A stretch of DNA of 53,299 bases from Stellaceae bacterium (GTDB taxonomy: Bacteria; Pseudomonadota; Alphaproteobacteria; ATCC43930; CGMCC-115725). Positions 1 to 9,380 of the stretch are shown piece after piece (within the stretch, counting starts at the first letter, position 1; each line of letters opens with the position of its first letter). The notes below the pieces were generated by a model. The model saw nothing but the letters and a program-made list of their open reading frames with translations. It was not told where the DNA came from and did not search any database. The stretch spans positions 1 to 53,299 of the forward strand of contig DASZLY010000338.1 in NCBI GenBank assembly GCA_035552135.1, given 5' to 3'. Position numbers and translations under genes: made by a program.

Positions 1-1019
1 TTGGTGATTCCCCGGTCGGAATTGACCATGGCCAGGCCAGGCTGCTTCGCGTAGGTGGCCTGGATATCGGCCTTGATCGCCGCCTTTTCAGCCTCCGGCA
101 AATTCTCGATCCGGGTCAGCATGTCGCCCACGCCGTTATCGGGATCAACGCCCAGGCGGGCCAGTGTGGCGCCATGCTTCTCGAACACATCGGCGAAGAA
201 CACGGAAACGCAGTGGCCGAAGATGATGGGATCGGAGATCTTCATCATGGTCGTCTTGACGTGCAGCGAGAACAGGATCCCGTCCTTCCTCGCGGCGTCG
301 ATCTGCGCGGCGAAGAAGGCGCGCAACGCGTTGCGGTTCATCACCGACGAATCGATGATCTCGCCGGTCTGAAGCGGCGTCTTCGGCTTCAGCACCGTGA
401 CCGCGCCATCTCTGCCGACCAGCTCGATACGGGCATTGGTCGGCGCCGCAATGGTCGTCGCCACCTCCGAACCGTAGAAATCGCCGCCCGACATGTGCGC
501 GACGCGCGATTTCGAGTCCTTGCTCCAGGCGCCCATCTTATGCGGATTGTTGCGCGCGTACTGCTTCACGGCGCCGGCGGCGCGGCGGTCGGAATTGCCC
601 TCGCGCAGCACCGGATTGACGGCGCTGCCGAGCACCTTGCCGTAGCGGGCGCGGATTTCCTTATCCGCCGGCGTCGCGTCGCTGTCCGGATAGTCCGGCA
701 CGTCGTAGCCCTTGCTCTGCAACTCCTTGATCGCAGCCTTCAGCTGCGGGATCGAGGCGGAGATGTTGGGCAGCTTGATGATATTGGCCTCGGGGCGCAT
801 CGCAAGCTGGCCAAGTTCGGCGAGCTCGTCGTTGATCTTTTGCGCCGGCGTCAGTTTGTCGGGAAAGTTGGCGATGATGCGGCCGGTCAGCGAAATGTCT
901 TTCAGCTTCATCTTCACACCGGCCGCCCCCACGAAGGCTTCGACGATCGGCAGAAGCGAAAACGTAGCAAGCCCAGGTGCTTCATCAACCTTCGTCCAGA
1001 CGATTTCGAGATCTGACAT
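1..1019 (-). CDS. icd: NADP-dependent isocitrate dehydrogenase, monomeric type (5' part only; gene continues past window start)
   Basis: Not in the ORF track because there is no stop in the window. Hand translation of the minus strand from ATG 1019 (GGAGG 7 nt upstream) gives [106 protein letters not shown]. This is collinear with the Azotobacter-type monomeric IDH N-terminus. The plus-strand ORFs here are antisense artefacts. Confidence 0.9.
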   Translation of the reverse strand, partial: MSDLEIVWTKVDEAPGLATFSLLPIVEAFVGAAGVKMKLKDISLTGRIIANFPDKLTPAQKINDELAELGQLAMRPEANIIKLPNISASIPQLKAAIKELQSKGYDVPDYPDSDATPADKEIRARYGKVLGSAVNPVLREGNSDRRAAGAVKQYARNNPHKMGAWSKDSKSRVAHMSGGDFYGSEVATTIAAPTNARIELVGRDGAVTVLKPKTPLQTGEIIDSSVMNRNALRAFFAAQIDAARKDGILFSLHVKTTMMKISDPIIFGHCVSVFFADVFEKHGATLARLGVDPDNGVGDMLTRIENLPEAEKAAIKADIQATYAKQPGLAMVNSDRGIT

Positions 1020-1099
1020 GCTTGCACCTCCGCGCGCGCCGCTTTCGTTTCGGCTAAGTTGATCTATTGACGATTATGCCCCGTCTTGTCGCACTGACG

Positions 1100-1216
1100 T
1101 GAGGCGTCGCGGCTCTCCATGCCGAGGTCGTACTATTTCAAGTCGATGTCGAGATGGGGCAGGATCAGCTTGTTCTTGAGCTCGACGACGGGGTTCTTCA
1201 TCTTGATTTTCGGCAT
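1100..1216 (-). pseudogene. Relic of homodimeric (eukaryote-like, typical alphaproteobacterial) NADP-isocitrate dehydrogenase: N-terminal about 38 codons with an in-frame deletion and a nonsense codon
   Basis: Minus strand from ATG 1216 reads MPKIKMKNPVVEL-KNKLILPHLDIDLK-TAG-YDLGMESRDAS. The rhizobial Icd N-terminus (recalled) is [52 protein letters not shown]. About 13 residues ([13 protein letters not shown]) are missing, TAG (1133-1135) replaces the first Tyr of YYDL, and similarity ends near 1100. Confidence 0.6.
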
Positions 1217-1617
1217 CGACATCATCCTTGAAAGCGGGCGCGCCCAATCCGCATCCCGGAGCCGCTGGCCGGGTTGAAACAGGCGGCGCACGATAATGGC
1301 CGGGCCGGTGCGATTCAAGCCGCCGGCCCCCAATCGGTCCGAGGCAAGGCATCAATGCAGCGAAATTATCAACACCGGCGAAGACGCGCCGCTTTCACGG
1401 CAAATTTATCCGGTTTGCAAACAGCTCACGCGCAGTTTACCGACCGGTTACAATTACGCGACAGCCGCCAGAAGCGCATTTGCTGAAAATCAATGGCTTA
1501 GGAAGTTCGCCTAAAAATTAGGCAAACCCTTGTTGCACTTGGCTTACTTGGCGCGAAAGCCAAGGTTGCATGTTTCCCCACAAACTTATCCACCGGAATC
1601 GGGGATAGCTGCGGCGG

Positions 1618-2148
1618 TCAGGCGAGCGCCGCGAAAAGCGCCCCGACATCCGGCACGAACGACACCAGCCCGGGCACCAGCGGCGCCGCAAAGCGGGCGG
1701 CGACGATGTGCTCGAACAACGCCGCAAGGGGCGACCAGTAGCCGCCGACATCGATCACGAAGAGCGGCTTTTCATGCAGGCCGAGCTGGCGCCACGACAG
1801 GATCTCGATCGTCTCGTCGAGCGTGCCGACGCCGCCCGGCAGCACCGCGAACGCGTCGGCGCGCTCGGCCATCACCCGCTTGCGCTGGTGCATGTCGGTG
1901 ACGACAACCAGCTCGTCGAGCCCTTTGTGCGCGACCTCGCGGTGTTCGAGATGCACCGGAATGATGCCGGTCACACGGCCGCCGCCGGCGAGCACCGCGT
2001 CGGCGAGCGCGCCCATCAGCCCGTTGCGGCCGCCGCCATAGACGAGCTCCATTCCGCGCGCCGCGAGGCCCGCGCCGAGCTCGACCGCGGCTTCGCGATA
2101 GCGCGGGTCGGCGCCGGCCGACGACCCGCAATAGACGCAAAGCCGCAT
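1618..2148 (-). CDS. LOG family protein (cytokinin riboside 5'-monophosphate phosphoribohydrolase-like, TIGR00730)
   Basis: ORF 1618..2172; MRLCVYCGSS..GGGRNGLMGA..PGGVGTLDE motifs. ATG at 2148 gives the canonical N-terminus. Confidence 0.85.
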   Translation of the reverse strand: MRLCVYCGSSAGADPRYREAAVELGAGLAARGMELVYGGGRNGLMGALADAVLAGGGRVTGIIPVHLEHREVAHKGLDELVVVTDMHQRKRVMAERADAFAVLPGGVGTLDETIEILSWRQLGLHEKPLFVIDVGGYWSPLAALFEHIVAARFAAPLVPGLVSFVPDVGALFAALA

Positions 2149-2279
2149 GATCTTTCCGGGCGCAGGCTGCACGGCGCGACAACTCGCTGGGGGATTTGGT
2201 GTTCCGTCATCCTCCGAACCGGACGCGATTGCAAGCCGCCAGCACGCGGCCTAATGTTCGCGCCAGGGGAGTGCGGATC

Positions 2280-3239
2280 GTGCGACGTCTGTGGATGGGG
2301 CTGGGCGGCCTCGCGCTGGTGATTGCCGGCGTCGCCTTCGTGCTGTGGAGCAACAGCACCACCCCGCCGCCGAAACCGGTGCCCGCCGCCCCGCCACAGG
2401 CGAACCTGCCACCGCCGCCGCCGCCCGCCCCATCGCCGGCGGTGCCGAGCTTCGATATCGTCAAGGTCGATCCGAGCGGCCATGCGGTGATTGCCGGCCG
2501 CGCCGCGCCGGGCTCCAAGGTCATCGTGCTCGACGGCGACAAGCCGATGGGCGACGTCACCGCCGACGAGCGCGGCGAATGGGTGCTGGTGCCGACCGTG
2601 CCGATGAGTCCCGGCGAGCGCCAGCTGACCCTCGAAGCGATCGACCCGAAGACCGGCGCCAAGACCAAATCGACCGACACCGTCGCCCTCGCCGTAGCCA
2701 CGCCGGCGCAGGGGCCGGGCACGGTCGCCGTATTGCTGCCCGGCAACGCCAACGAGCCGGCGCAGACGCTGCAAACTCCCAGCGCGCGCAACGGCAGCCT
2801 GGCACTCGACACCGCGGAATACGGCGCGAACGGCGATCTGCTGCTGTCCGGCCACGCCGCGCCGGGGGCGACGCTCAGGCTTTACGCCGACAACCAGCCG
2901 GTCGCCACGGTGACCGCCGACGATCAGGGCAAATGGTCGTCCGCGACGCCACGCCCGAAAAATGCGGCGCAGGCCAAAATCGATCTCCGGGTCGACCAGC
3001 TCGCCGCCGACGGCTCGGTCGCGCAACGCATCGCCGAGCCGTTCGAGCCGCCGCAAGCCGCGAGCGCGGCATCCACCGGCCAGTACACCGTGGCGGCCGG
3101 CAACTCGCTCTGGGTGATCGCCCGCAAGGCCTACGGCAACGGCCAGCACTACACGGTGATTTTCGGCGCCAATAAAGAGCACATCCGCGACCCGAACCTG
3201 ATCTATCCGGGCCAGATCATCACCCTGCCGAAGTCGTAG
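2280..3239 (+). CDS. LysM peptidoglycan-binding protein with N-terminal membrane anchor, Pro-rich linker and two Ig-like repeats
   Basis: ORF 2196..3239. The C-terminus YTVAAGNSLWVIARKAYGNGQHYTVIFGANKEHIRDPNLIYPGQIITLP is a LysM domain. TM segment LGGLALVIAGVAFVLW. GTG 2280 is preceded by AGGGGAG; ATG 2295 is an alternative start. Confidence 0.8.
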   Translation: MRRLWMGLGGLALVIAGVAFVLWSNSTTPPPKPVPAAPPQANLPPPPPPAPSPAVPSFDIVKVDPSGHAVIAGRAAPGSKVIVLDGDKPMGDVTADERGEWVLVPTVPMSPGERQLTLEAIDPKTGAKTKSTDTVALAVATPAQGPGTVAVLLPGNANEPAQTLQTPSARNGSLALDTAEYGANGDLLLSGHAAPGATLRLYADNQPVATVTADDQGKWSSATPRPKNAAQAKIDLRVDQLAADGSVAQRIAEPFEPPQAASAASTGQYTVAAGNSLWVIARKAYGNGQHYTVIFGANKEHIRDPNLIYPGQIITLPKS

Positions 3240-3248
3240 GAGGTTCTT

Positions 3249-3331
3249 CGTCATTGCGAGCGTAGCGAAGCAATCTCATGCCAATCGCGACTCCCTGGCG
3301 CGAGATTGCCGAGGCGCCCCGGGGCGCCTCG
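3249..3331. repeat. REP-like composite palindromic element (cattgcgagcgtagcgaagcaatc type plus GC hairpin)
   Basis: gcaatctc (3270-3277) pairs with gagattgc (3302-3309). cgaggcgcc (3310-3318)/ggcgcctcg (3323-3331) form a 9-bp stem with a ccgg loop. The element creates the spurious peptide MRLLRYARNDEE in ORF 3220..3552. It lies between the convergent LysM and alkA-like genes. Confidence 0.5.
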
Positions 3332-3346
3332 CGATAACGGTTCGTC

Positions 3347-4012
3347 CTAAGCGTAAAGCTCCGCCGGCAGCACCGGCGCGGTGCGGTTACGCGCATGCAG
3401 GTAGGACTGCCAAAAGAGGCACGCCGCGACGGTGCGCCACGGCCGCCAGCGCTCGCCGAGTTCACGCAGTGCGCGCTCGGCGAGCCGGTCGCCGAGCCCC
3501 AGTTCGGCGGCGACGCCGAACTGCAGCCCGAGATCGGCGGCCGGCCACACATCGTCGCGGCCGAGTGCGAAGATCAGGTAGATTTCGGCGCTCCACCGGC
3601 CGATGCCCTTGAGCGCGATGAGCGCGGCCAGTGCGGCGTCGTCATCGGCCGCGGCAAGTCGCGCGAAATCGAGCGCGCCGCTCGTCACCGCCTCGGAAAG
3701 GCCGCGGCCGTAACGCGCCTTCTGCCGGCTGAAGCCGCAGCGCCGCAGCGTCGCCTCGTCGAGCGTGAGGAACCCCGCGGGGGTCAGCGGCCGGCACTCG
3801 GTGTTCAGCCGGCGGAACATCGCCGCGGCGGCGTCAATCGACACCTGCTGCTCGAGGATGATGTGGAGCAGTGTTTCGAACCCGTTGCGCCGGCGACGGA
3901 AGCGCGGCGCGCCGGCGCGTGCGAGGATCGCCGTGAAAACCGGCTCGCCGCCAAGCGCCGCGATTCCCTCGGCGAGACCCAGCGGCGCCAGCGCCGGCTC
4001 CGCTAGCCCCAC
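3347..4012 (-). CDS. DNA-3-methyladenine glycosylase II family (HhH-GPD, AlkA-like)
   Basis: ORF 3347..4012 (GTG start). GFETLLHIILEQQVS..LKGIGRWSAEIYLIFALGRDDVWPAADLGL is a helix-hairpin-helix/GPD signature. Confidence 0.8.
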   Translation of the reverse strand: MGLAEPALAPLGLAEGIAALGGEPVFTAILARAGAPRFRRRRNGFETLLHIILEQQVSIDAAAAMFRRLNTECRPLTPAGFLTLDEATLRRCGFSRQKARYGRGLSEAVTSGALDFARLAAADDDAALAALIALKGIGRWSAEIYLIFALGRDDVWPAADLGLQFGVAAELGLGDRLAERALRELGERWRPWRTVAACLFWQSYLHARNRTAPVLPAELYA

Positions 4013-4995
4013 AATTCGGGCTCCGGCGGATAGACCGTGCTGCCCTCGTAGCGCAGCCGCTGATTGCGGTCGGCCGCCAGCAGCAGCGGCCCGTCGAGAT
4101 CGACGACGCTCGCCAGCTGCGCAACGAGGATTGCCGGCGCCATCGCGAGCGAGGTGCCGATCATGCAGCCGACCATGATCCCGAAGCCGCGTTCTTTCGC
4201 CGCCGCGGCCAGTTTCAGCGCCTCGGTGAGCCCGCCAGTCTTGTCGAGTTTGATATTGATAGCATCGTATTTGCCAACCAGCCGGTCGAGATCAGCCGTG
4301 GTGTGGCAGGATTCGTCGGCGCAAACCGGAATCCGGTGCGGCAGTTCGGCGAGGGCATTGTCGTCATCCGCCGGCAGCGGCTGCTCGATGAGCTCGACCC
4401 CGAGCGCCGCGAGGCGCGGCGCCAGCTCGGCGAAATGTCGCGCCGTCCAGCCCTCGTTGGCATCGACGATGAGCCGCGACGTGGGCGCTTTGTCGCGCAC
4501 CGCCTGGACCCGGTCGAGGTCGCCATCGCCGGTCAGCTTCAGCTTGAGCAGCGGCCGGGTGCGGTTCGCCGCCGCCGCCGCGCCCATGCGCTCCGGCGTG
4601 TCGAGCGACAGGGTATAGGCGGTGACCAGCGGTCTCAGCGGCCCGATCCCGGCAAGCGCCGCGGCGGAGCTGTAGGCGCGTTTCGCTTCGATGTCCCAGA
4701 ACGCCGCATCGAGCGCGTTGCGCGCCGCGCCGGGCGGCATCGCCTCCTGCAGGCTGTCGCGGTTAAGTCCCGAGAACACCGCGCCCTTCATCGCCTCCAG
4801 CGCCGCGACGACGCTGTCGACGCTCTCGCCGTAACGCGGATAGGGCACGCACTCGCCGCGGCCTTGGGAATCGCCGTCATGCAGCTCGGCGACGACGACC
4901 TCGGCGGTTGTCCGGCTGCCGCGCGAGATCGTGAACGCCTGGGCCAGCGGCCAGGCGCGGCGGGTGACATGGAGGCGTTGCGGGTGTGGTGCCAT
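4003..4995 (-). CDS. Enolase-superfamily dipeptide epimerase / N-acyl amino-acid racemase (L-Ala-D/L-Glu epimerase or DgcA-like)
   Basis: ORF 4003..4995. FTISRGSRTTAEVVVAEL..GRGECVPYPRYGES..KLKL..IVDANEGW..IEQPLP..CADES..INIKLDKTGGLTE are muconate-lactonizing-enzyme subgroup motifs. It overlaps the alkA-like start by 10 nt. Confidence 0.8.
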   Translation of the reverse strand: MAPHPQRLHVTRRAWPLAQAFTISRGSRTTAEVVVAELHDGDSQGRGECVPYPRYGESVDSVVAALEAMKGAVFSGLNRDSLQEAMPPGAARNALDAAFWDIEAKRAYSSAAALAGIGPLRPLVTAYTLSLDTPERMGAAAAANRTRPLLKLKLTGDGDLDRVQAVRDKAPTSRLIVDANEGWTARHFAELAPRLAALGVELIEQPLPADDDNALAELPHRIPVCADESCHTTADLDRLVGKYDAINIKLDKTGGLTEALKLAAAAKERGFGIMVGCMIGTSLAMAPAILVAQLASVVDLDGPLLLAADRNQRLRYEGSTVYPPEPELWG

Positions 4996-5268
4996 GCGAA
5001 CCTCAGCCGATAGTCATGCCGACGATGACGGTCCTGACCCCGGCCTCGGCGGCCGCGTCGATCGTCATGTCGGGGAAGCCGGGATCGGCCTGGCAGTCCG
5101 GCAAACCAGCTGCCCGAGGCACGCTTCGGGGCGCCACAACATAGCGCCGGCGGCGGTCTTCGCCGCGAGCTGGCCGGGCGCATCGCCGATAAACATCAGA
5201 TAGGAGGTGCGAATGGCCACGTCTCAACTCTTTCGCGGTCACGTCCGCGATCTTAGGGGAGCCGCCCG

Positions 5269-5284
5269 CCCGGCGGAAGCCGGG
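5269..5284. repeat. Short REP hairpin cccggc-ggaa-gccggg (same 16-mer as at 51947-51964)
   Basis: Exact 16-nt palindromic unit, shared with the element downstream of rho. Confidence 0.4.
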
Positions 5285-5344
5285 AGTCGACACCGCCGCG
5301 CGCAGCCGCCACTCTGCCGCCCGCGACAGGAACGGGAGGGGACG

Positions 5345-5626
5345 ATGCGGCGAGCAGCCTGGCTGGGTCTGTGCGGGCTTGGCGCACTCGCCGGCGGCTG
5401 CACCCAGTCGCCGCAGAACGTGGTGATGCGCGGTAGCGCGGACGGCGTGATCATCAATTATTACGGCGACGTCGGCGCGACCCTGCCGCTGGCGCGTCAG
5501 CACTGCGCGCAATACGAACGCGTGCCGGTGCTGCACGAGACCAAGGAAAGCAATGCCGTCTATTTCTGCGTAAGGCCCGGCGAGGAGCCGCGGCCGGCGA
5601 CGTTGCCGCAACAGTCTTTGCGGTAG
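5345..5626 (+). CDS. Small lipoprotein, unknown function
   Basis: Internal ATG 5345 of ORF 5207..5626, preceded by GGGAGGGG. MRRAAWLGLCGLGALAGGC carries a lipobox (LAGGC). Confidence 0.6.
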   Translation: MRRAAWLGLCGLGALAGGCTQSPQNVVMRGSADGVIINYYGDVGATLPLARQHCAQYERVPVLHETKESNAVYFCVRPGEEPRPATLPQQSLR

Positions 5627-5705
5627 ATGCCGGGCTTTTAACCGGCAATTAACCTTAATGGTCGATTGATAGAGCGGCGAGGCCAGACCCCGGGACCCGA
5701 TCTTC

Positions 5706-7319
5706 ATGACCGTGCGCAAGCCAGATCTCCCCTACGCCGCGGCGCTGCTCCGCCGGCACGGGACGATCGCGGCGCTGGCGATGCTGGCGCTCGCCGGCTT
5801 TGTCGCGCTGGCGGCGATGGGGATCGGCGACGGGCGCGACGGGGCAGCTCGTGCCGCGCAATCCGCCATCGCCGGCGACGCCGATCGGGCGCGCGCCATC
5901 ATCGACCGCGAGCGTGCCGCGCTCGACCGGCTCGCGATGTACGCCGCCACCGCATCCGACGCGGCGGCTCAGCATCTCCTCGACGGCATCGTTCCCGGCA
6001 CGCCGGGGCGGCGCGGCGCCGCCCTTGCCGACGGGGCGGGGATGGTGCAGCTGCGCGCCCGCACCGCGCTTGACGAGACCGCGCTCGCCGCGCTTGCCGC
6101 CAATGCGGCGCGCCTGGCCGAGACGCAGCCGCAAGCCGCTCTACTGGTGACGCAAACCCTGCGCGATGGCGACGACGCGGCGCTGGTCGGCCTCGCGCGC
6201 CCCTGGTTCAAGCCCGACGGCAGCCTCGGCGGCGTTGCGCTGATCGCGATCGACCGCACCGCTTTCCCCGGCCTCGATGTCGCGCGTGCCGACGGCTCGC
6301 CGCTTTTCGCCGCCGATAGCGCCGCGATGCGTGACGTCGCGCTCGGCGATCTTCCGCTGCTGCTGCGCTACGCGCCGCCGGCGCCCGCATTCTGGACACG
6401 GCACGGCCCGGCGCCGCTGGTCGCGCTGGCGGTCGCCGGCATCCTCGCGCTGTTGGGCTTGCTCGCGGTGCTCAGCGCCCGCCTTGCCGCCGCCGATCGC
6501 GACAAGGCCAGCGCCGCGGCCGTCGAACAGGAATTGCGCGAGCGGTTGGCCGATTCGGCCCAGGCGGCTGGCCGAATCGACGAGCTGAGCCGCACCAAGT
6601 CGCAATTCTTTGCCCAGGTGACGCACGAGTTGCGCACGCCATTGAACGCGATCCTTGGCTTTTCCGAGACGATCCGCCAGGAGATGTTCGGCCCGGTCGC
6701 CAACCCGCGCTATCGCGAATATGCCGGGCTGATCCACGACGCCGGCGCGCATCTCTTGTCGCTGATCAACGATTTGCTCGACGAGGCGCGCATCGAATCC
6801 GGCAAGATGGAGATCGCGCCGATCCGCGTCTCGGCGCCGGCGCTTGCCCGCTCGGCGCTCGACCTGGTCGAGCTCCTCGCCGAGGGCCGCGACATCGCGC
6901 TCGCGACGAACGGGTTGTCGTCCTGCCCCGATCTCAACGTCGACGCGCGGGCGATGAAGCAGGTGCTGGTCAACCTGCTGTCGAACGCGATCAAGTACAC
7001 GCCGCCCGGCGGGCGGATCGAGCTGCGCTGCGCCGCACATGACGACGGCGCGGTGTTCGAAATCGCCGATACCGGGATCGGCATGTCGGAAGAGGATATC
7101 GCCGTCGCGTTCGAGCCGTTCGGCCGCGCCGGCGGCATCGAGGCGCGGCGGCAGCAGGGTACCGGGCTCGGCCTGTCGCTGGCACGCGCGCTGGTGCGGC
7201 TGCACGGCGGCGATCTGACGCTGTCAAGCCATCTCGACGACGGCACCACCGCGATCATCACCTTGCCGCCGAGCGCGGTCTTCCCGGTGTCCGCGACCGA
7301 AGCGGCCAGGGCGGCCTGA
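5706..7319 (+). CDS. Membrane sensor histidine kinase (HisKA + HATPase_c; PleC/DivJ-like dimerisation domain), orphan
   Basis: ORF 5706..7319. H-box FFAQVTHELRTPLNAILGFSE..FGP..RYREYAGLIHDAGAHLLSLINDLLDEARIESGK. N/G boxes NLLSNAIKYT, DTGIGM, GTGLGLS. Two predicted TM segments. No adjacent response regulator. Confidence 0.85.
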   Translation: MTVRKPDLPYAAALLRRHGTIAALAMLALAGFVALAAMGIGDGRDGAARAAQSAIAGDADRARAIIDRERAALDRLAMYAATASDAAAQHLLDGIVPGTPGRRGAALADGAGMVQLRARTALDETALAALAANAARLAETQPQAALLVTQTLRDGDDAALVGLARPWFKPDGSLGGVALIAIDRTAFPGLDVARADGSPLFAADSAAMRDVALGDLPLLLRYAPPAPAFWTRHGPAPLVALAVAGILALLGLLAVLSARLAAADRDKASAAAVEQELRERLADSAQAAGRIDELSRTKSQFFAQVTHELRTPLNAILGFSETIRQEMFGPVANPRYREYAGLIHDAGAHLLSLINDLLDEARIESGKMEIAPIRVSAPALARSALDLVELLAEGRDIALATNGLSSCPDLNVDARAMKQVLVNLLSNAIKYTPPGGRIELRCAAHDDGAVFEIADTGIGMSEEDIAVAFEPFGRAGGIEARRQQGTGLGLSLARALVRLHGGDLTLSSHLDDGTTAIITLPPSAVFPVSATEAARAA

Positions 7320-7344
7320 GGATTTTCATCTATAAGCTGCCCGA

Positions 7345-8538
7345 ATGACAGACACGACTAGCCCCGCGCGGCGCGGGGCGGTGCTGCTCGCGCTGCTGTG
7401 GCTGGTCGGCATGCAGTTGCGGCTGACGATCCTCGCCGTGCCGCCGGTGCTGCCGCTGATCCATCGCGATTTGGGGCTCAGCGAGAAGGCGGTGGGCGTG
7501 CTGTCGGCGCTGCCGGTGCTGCTGCTGGCGCTGGCCGCGGTGCCGGGGTCGCTGATGGTGGCGCGGCTTGGCGCGCGGCGCGGCTGCATACTGGGGCTGG
7601 CGATCGTTGCGCTGGCAGGCGCCGCGCGCGGTCTCGGCCCGTCGGCGCCGATGCTTTACGCGATGACCTTCGCGATGGGGCTCGGCGTCGCGCTCATGCA
7701 GCCGACCTTGCCCGCGCTGGTCGGCCAGTGGTTCGCCGCGCGCCCCGGTTTCGCGACCGCGGTCTATGCCAATGGCCTGCTGATCGGCGAGGCGGTGCCG
7801 GCGGCGATCACCCTGCCGCTGGTGCTGCCGCTGGTCGGCGGCGATTGGGGCTGGAGCTTCGCGTTGTGGTCCGTCCCGGTCGCGCTGACGGCGATCCTCG
7901 TCGCGACGCTGACGCCGCATGTCGAACGGCCGCTCGCGGCCGGCGATTACCGCTGGTGGCCGGATTGGCGCCGCGCGCTGCCGCTGGGCCTGCTGATCGG
8001 CGGCACGGGCGGGCTTTATTTCTCCGCCAACAGCTTCATTCCCGACTATCTGCATGCGATCGGCCGGCCCGAGCTGGTCGGCCCGGCGCTGAGCGCGCTC
8101 AATATCGGCCAGCTTCCGGCCTCGGCGGTGATCCTCGCCTTTTCCCGCCGGCTGACCGGCAGCCGCGCGGTCTTTGTCGTCTCGCCGCTGGTCGCACTCG
8201 GCGGCATCGCCGCGCTGCTGTCGCCGGCGCCGGAGACGATCGTTGCGGCGGCGGGCCTTATCGGTTTCTGCTGCGGGATACAGCTCATCCTGTCGCTCGC
8301 CCTCCCGCCGTTCCTGGCGGCGGCCGACGACGTCCACCACCTCTCGGCCGGAATGTTCGCGATCGGCTATTTCGTCTCGTTCCTTATGCCGCCGCTGGGC
8401 GGTGCGATCTGGGACGCGACCGGCGTGCCTACGACCGCATTCGCCGCCGCCGCGCTCAGCACCGTGCTAGTGCTCGGCGCGGCCCTGACAATGGCGCCAC
8501 TTAGAACTGCACCCGCTGGGTCAGCGCCCCGTCGATGA
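7345..8538 (+). CDS. MFS transporter (CynX/NimT-like)
   Basis: ORF 7345..8538; 12-TM-like hydrophobic profile; N-terminus [33 protein letters not shown] is typical of the cyanate-permease-like MFS subfamily. Confidence 0.8.
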   Translation: MTDTTSPARRGAVLLALLWLVGMQLRLTILAVPPVLPLIHRDLGLSEKAVGVLSALPVLLLALAAVPGSLMVARLGARRGCILGLAIVALAGAARGLGPSAPMLYAMTFAMGLGVALMQPTLPALVGQWFAARPGFATAVYANGLLIGEAVPAAITLPLVLPLVGGDWGWSFALWSVPVALTAILVATLTPHVERPLAAGDYRWWPDWRRALPLGLLIGGTGGLYFSANSFIPDYLHAIGRPELVGPALSALNIGQLPASAVILAFSRRLTGSRAVFVVSPLVALGGIAALLSPAPETIVAAAGLIGFCCGIQLILSLALPPFLAAADDVHHLSAGMFAIGYFVSFLMPPLGGAIWDATGVPTTAFAAAALSTVLVLGAALTMAPLRTAPAGSAPRR

Positions 8539-9262
8539 TGAGATTGGTGCCGGTGATGAAGCTGGCGCGCGCGCTGGCGAGAAACACCACCGCGTCCGCG
8601 ACCTCTTGCGGCGTCCCCATCCGCCCCATCGGGTTGCGCGCGATCATCGACTTGAAGAAATCGGGGTTGTTGCGCTCGACCTGGCCCCAGACCCCTTCGG
8701 GGAAATAGACATTGCCTGGCGACACCAGATTGGCGCGCACGTTCTTCGCCGCAAGATTGCGCGCCAGCCCTTTGACGTAGGGCACCAGCGCCGCCTTGAC
8801 CGCAGCGTAGGAGCGGTTCGGCCCATAGATTTCGGCCATCGCCGTGCTGCCGACAACGACGATCGCCCCGGCGCCCGATTTTTCGAGATGCGGCAGCGCC
8901 GCCTCGCAGCCGAACACCGTCGCCAGCACGTCGATCTCGAAGCCGCGCCGCCACGATTCCTCGTCCATGCCCTGGGCCAGCGCGCTGACATTGGCGACGA
9001 AGATATCGACGCCGCCGAGCGCACCCGCCGCCTCGTCGACCCAGCGCTGCTGCGCCTCGATCTTGCTCACGTCGACCGCCATGCCATGCGCGCGGACGCC
9101 CTTCTTCTCGAGTGCGGCGACGGTTTCGGCAAGCGGCCCGGCGCTGCGCGCGCACAACGCGACGTCGCAACCTTCCTCGGCGAGCCGCTCGACGATGGCG
9201 CGGCCGATGCCGCGCGTCGCGCCGGTGACCAGCGCCTTTTTGCCCTTGAGCCCGAGATCCAT
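8501..9262 (-). CDS. SDR family oxidoreductase
   Basis: ORF 8501..9262; [15 protein letters not shown] (TGxxxGIG), [12 protein letters not shown] (YxxxK). Confidence 0.85.
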   Translation of the reverse strand: MDLGLKGKKALVTGATRGIGRAIVERLAEEGCDVALCARSAGPLAETVAALEKKGVRAHGMAVDVSKIEAQQRWVDEAAGALGGVDIFVANVSALAQGMDEESWRRGFEIDVLATVFGCEAALPHLEKSGAGAIVVVGSTAMAEIYGPNRSYAAVKAALVPYVKGLARNLAAKNVRANLVSPGNVYFPEGVWGQVERNNPDFFKSMIARNPMGRMGTPQEVADAVVFLASARASFITGTNLIIDGALTQRVQF

Positions 9263-9380
9263 CGCTGCTGCATCCCATTAAAGCAGGGCCCCGCCGACCC
9301 GGCTCCGGTGTACACTACAAAGCTGCGGCCGGGCCAACAACCGGCCGCGCGCGGGAATCGCCTGGTAGACTTTCGAGCAC

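Noticed and set aside
174-1016. 280-aa plus-strand ORF (and 55..372, 712..1062) over the start of the window
   Set aside because: Arg/Ala/Gly-rich low-complexity translation antisense to a clearly recognisable monomeric icd. This is a typical high-GC shadow ORF.
1586-1594. Near-perfect DnaA box TTATCCACC in the icd/LOG intergenic region
   Set aside because: A single isolated box with no clustering or AT-rich unwinding region, and the conserved origin context is at 47.6-48.0 kb instead.
2337-2460. Pro/Ala-rich repetitive stretches (LysM protein linker here, Smr linker 38330-38420) examined as possible tandem repeats or CRISPR-like arrays
   Set aside because: They are in-frame low-complexity linkers inside good ORFs, with no regular repeat-spacer periodicity.
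2016-3254. Long antisense or alternative-frame ORFs throughout (e.g. 2016..3254-, 6141..7205-, 7330..8340-, 11778..13286+, 21386..22591+, 23629..25392+, 29256..30575-, 30427..31443-, 34641..36500+, 39725..41143-, 45381..46646+, 50408..52024-)
   Set aside because: All overlap genes with strong family signatures on the other strand or frame. Their products are dominated by R, A, G, P runs with no recognisable motifs, as expected from GC3-rich coding DNA.
3220-3552. 110-aa ORF ending in MRLLRYARNDEE-type sequence; likewise 51493..51969 (MGPGFRRDD..)
   Set aside because: The N-termini are translations of REP hairpins, and the remainders are antisense to the alkA-like gene and to rho.
5003-5196. 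HAD-hydrolase-like motif fragments (MFIGDAPGQLAAKTAAGAM in one frame; DAAAEAGVRTVIVG in another) upstream of the epimerase gene
   Set aside because: Only about 20 residues each, in two different frames, with a stop 10 codons upstream. Too short to separate a decayed HAD gene from chance; a blastx would be needed.
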